Source of the DNA: Thermofilaceae archaeon
Lineage (GTDB): Archaea > Thermoproteota > Thermoprotei > Thermofilales > Thermofilaceae
Assembly (NCBI GenBank): GCA_038727095.1
Contig: JAVYWK010000026.1
Location: forward strand, 1 to 25,677
DNA: 25,677 bases
Reading direction: 5' to 3'
Part shown: one piece after another, positions 24,860 through 25,677 of the stretch
Layout of the letters: every line of letters starts with the position of its first letter
Numbering within the stretch: the stretch's first letter is position 1
Notes under the pieces: generated by a model
What the model saw: only the letters and a program-made list of their open reading frames with translations
What the model was told of the DNA's origin: nothing
Databases searched by the model: none
Translations under genes and position numbers: made by a program

Positions 24860-25357
24860 ATGGCGGGAAGCGTCTTAATCGCGTACTACTCGTGGTCCGG
24901 TAACACGCGCAGGCTCGCAGAGGCGATTTACAGGCTCACTGGCGGAACCCTATTTGAGATCGTTCCGGCCACGCCGTACCCCGCGGACTACGACGAGACG
25001 GTTAGGCAGGCTAGAGAGGAGATACGGCGCGGCTACAAGCCCCAGCTCAAGTCCAGGCTGGAGACGATCGAACCCTTCAAGGTCGTCTTCGTCGGGTCGC
25101 CCAACTGGTGGGGGACGATCGCGCCGCCCGTCGCCAGCTTCCTGAGCATGTACGACTTCTCCGGCAAAGTGGTTGCGCCCTTCTTCAGCCACGGCGGCGG
25201 CGGGTTGCAGCGGATGCTCACAGCCGTCAAGCAGCTCTGCCCCAGGTCCACCGTGCTCGACCCGCTGGTCGTCTACGAGGGGGACGTGGATCGCGCCGAG
25301 GAGCTGGTCGGCGCTTGGCTGAAGAGGCTGGGCATCGAGAGGTACCTCGGCCCCTGA
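24860..25357 (+). CDS. Flavodoxin
   Basis: YYSWSGNT FMN phosphate loop, GSPNWWGT and PFFSHGGGG; TATATA 21 nt before the ATG. Confidence 0.92.
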   Translation: MAGSVLIAYYSWSGNTRRLAEAIYRLTGGTLFEIVPATPYPADYDETVRQAREEIRRGYKPQLKSRLETIEPFKVVFVGSPNWWGTIAPPVASFLSMYDFSGKVVAPFFSHGGGGLQRMLTAVKQLCPRSTVLDPLVVYEGDVDRAEELVGAWLKRLGIERYLGP

Positions 25358-25677
25358 TGCCCCGGTTGAGGGCCTGGAAGGGCTACAGCCTGGACCTCAC
25401 CCTGAAACCCTCTTTCGTTCGAGCCCTCTTCGAGAGGCGCGGCTCAGCCTACGTCAAGCTGGCGGGGCGGAGCCGGGGGGCCATCGTCTACCAGGAGGGT
25501 GAGTGGGTGGTGGGCGAGGGCTGCAGCGCGGAGGAGCTGCTGCACTGGAGCGGGCTCTGGCTCGATAGGCTCGCCGTGGAGGAGCGGGCCCCCCTGCTGG
25601 CTGCTGCCCACAGGGGCCTGGGGCTCTCAGTCGACCCCTACGACCGCCACCTGATCTTCGTCGCGGTTTTCCTGAGC
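25357..25677 (+). CDS. Partial ORF running off the window; possibly the N-terminus of an HhH-GPD DNA glycosylase-like protein
   Basis: TGATG stop/start overlap; open frame MPRLRAWKGYSLDLTLKPSF...LSVDPYDRHLIFVAVFLS to the window end. The product guess is weak because the HhH motif is not in the window. Confidence 0.6.
   Translation, partial: MPRLRAWKGYSLDLTLKPSFVRALFERRGSAYVKLAGRSRGAIVYQEGEWVVGEGCSAEELLHWSGLWLDRLAVEERAPLLAAAHRGLGLSVDPYDRHLIFVAVFLS

Noticed and set aside
454-25251. The many other 60-220 aa overlapping ORFs in the track
   Set aside because: Antisense or off-frame shadows of well-supported genes, with Arg/Pro/Ser-rich composition and no motifs.

Overview
GC-rich, gene-dense archaeal chromosomal segment. 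TATA boxes sit about 20-25 nt before first-gene start codons and GGAGG/GGTGA Shine-Dalgarno (SD) sites precede internal genes. Gene style suggests a hyperthermophilic Thermoproteota, probably Thermofilaceae-like; this is inference, not a database result. In order: a gamma-delta-alpha-beta 2-oxoacid:ferredoxin oxidoreductase operon, a PLP aminotransferase, a DtxR-feoA-feoB operon, an FkbM methyltransferase, a flavin reductase, a CoA-disulfide reductase, a membrane-anchored domain-inverted GH3, a GH99-like hydrolase, a coiled-coil membrane protein with a 12-Pro tail, a glycosylasparaginase-like Ntn hydrolase, a His-repeat PadR regulator, a creatininase-family enzyme, a PA14-type GH3, a HEPN-MNT pair, two hypothetical proteins, a bacterial-type L-fuculokinase, an M55 peptidase, a flavodoxin and a truncated ORF. 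Three candidate box C/D sRNAs lie outside the ORF track, two of them in tandem behind one TATA box. The best candidate for an undescribed system is a loose surface glycan/glycoprotein-scavenging cluster (about 10.1-24.7 kb). No CRISPR array, tRNA, rRNA or mobile element was seen. All family calls rest on motif recognition by eye.
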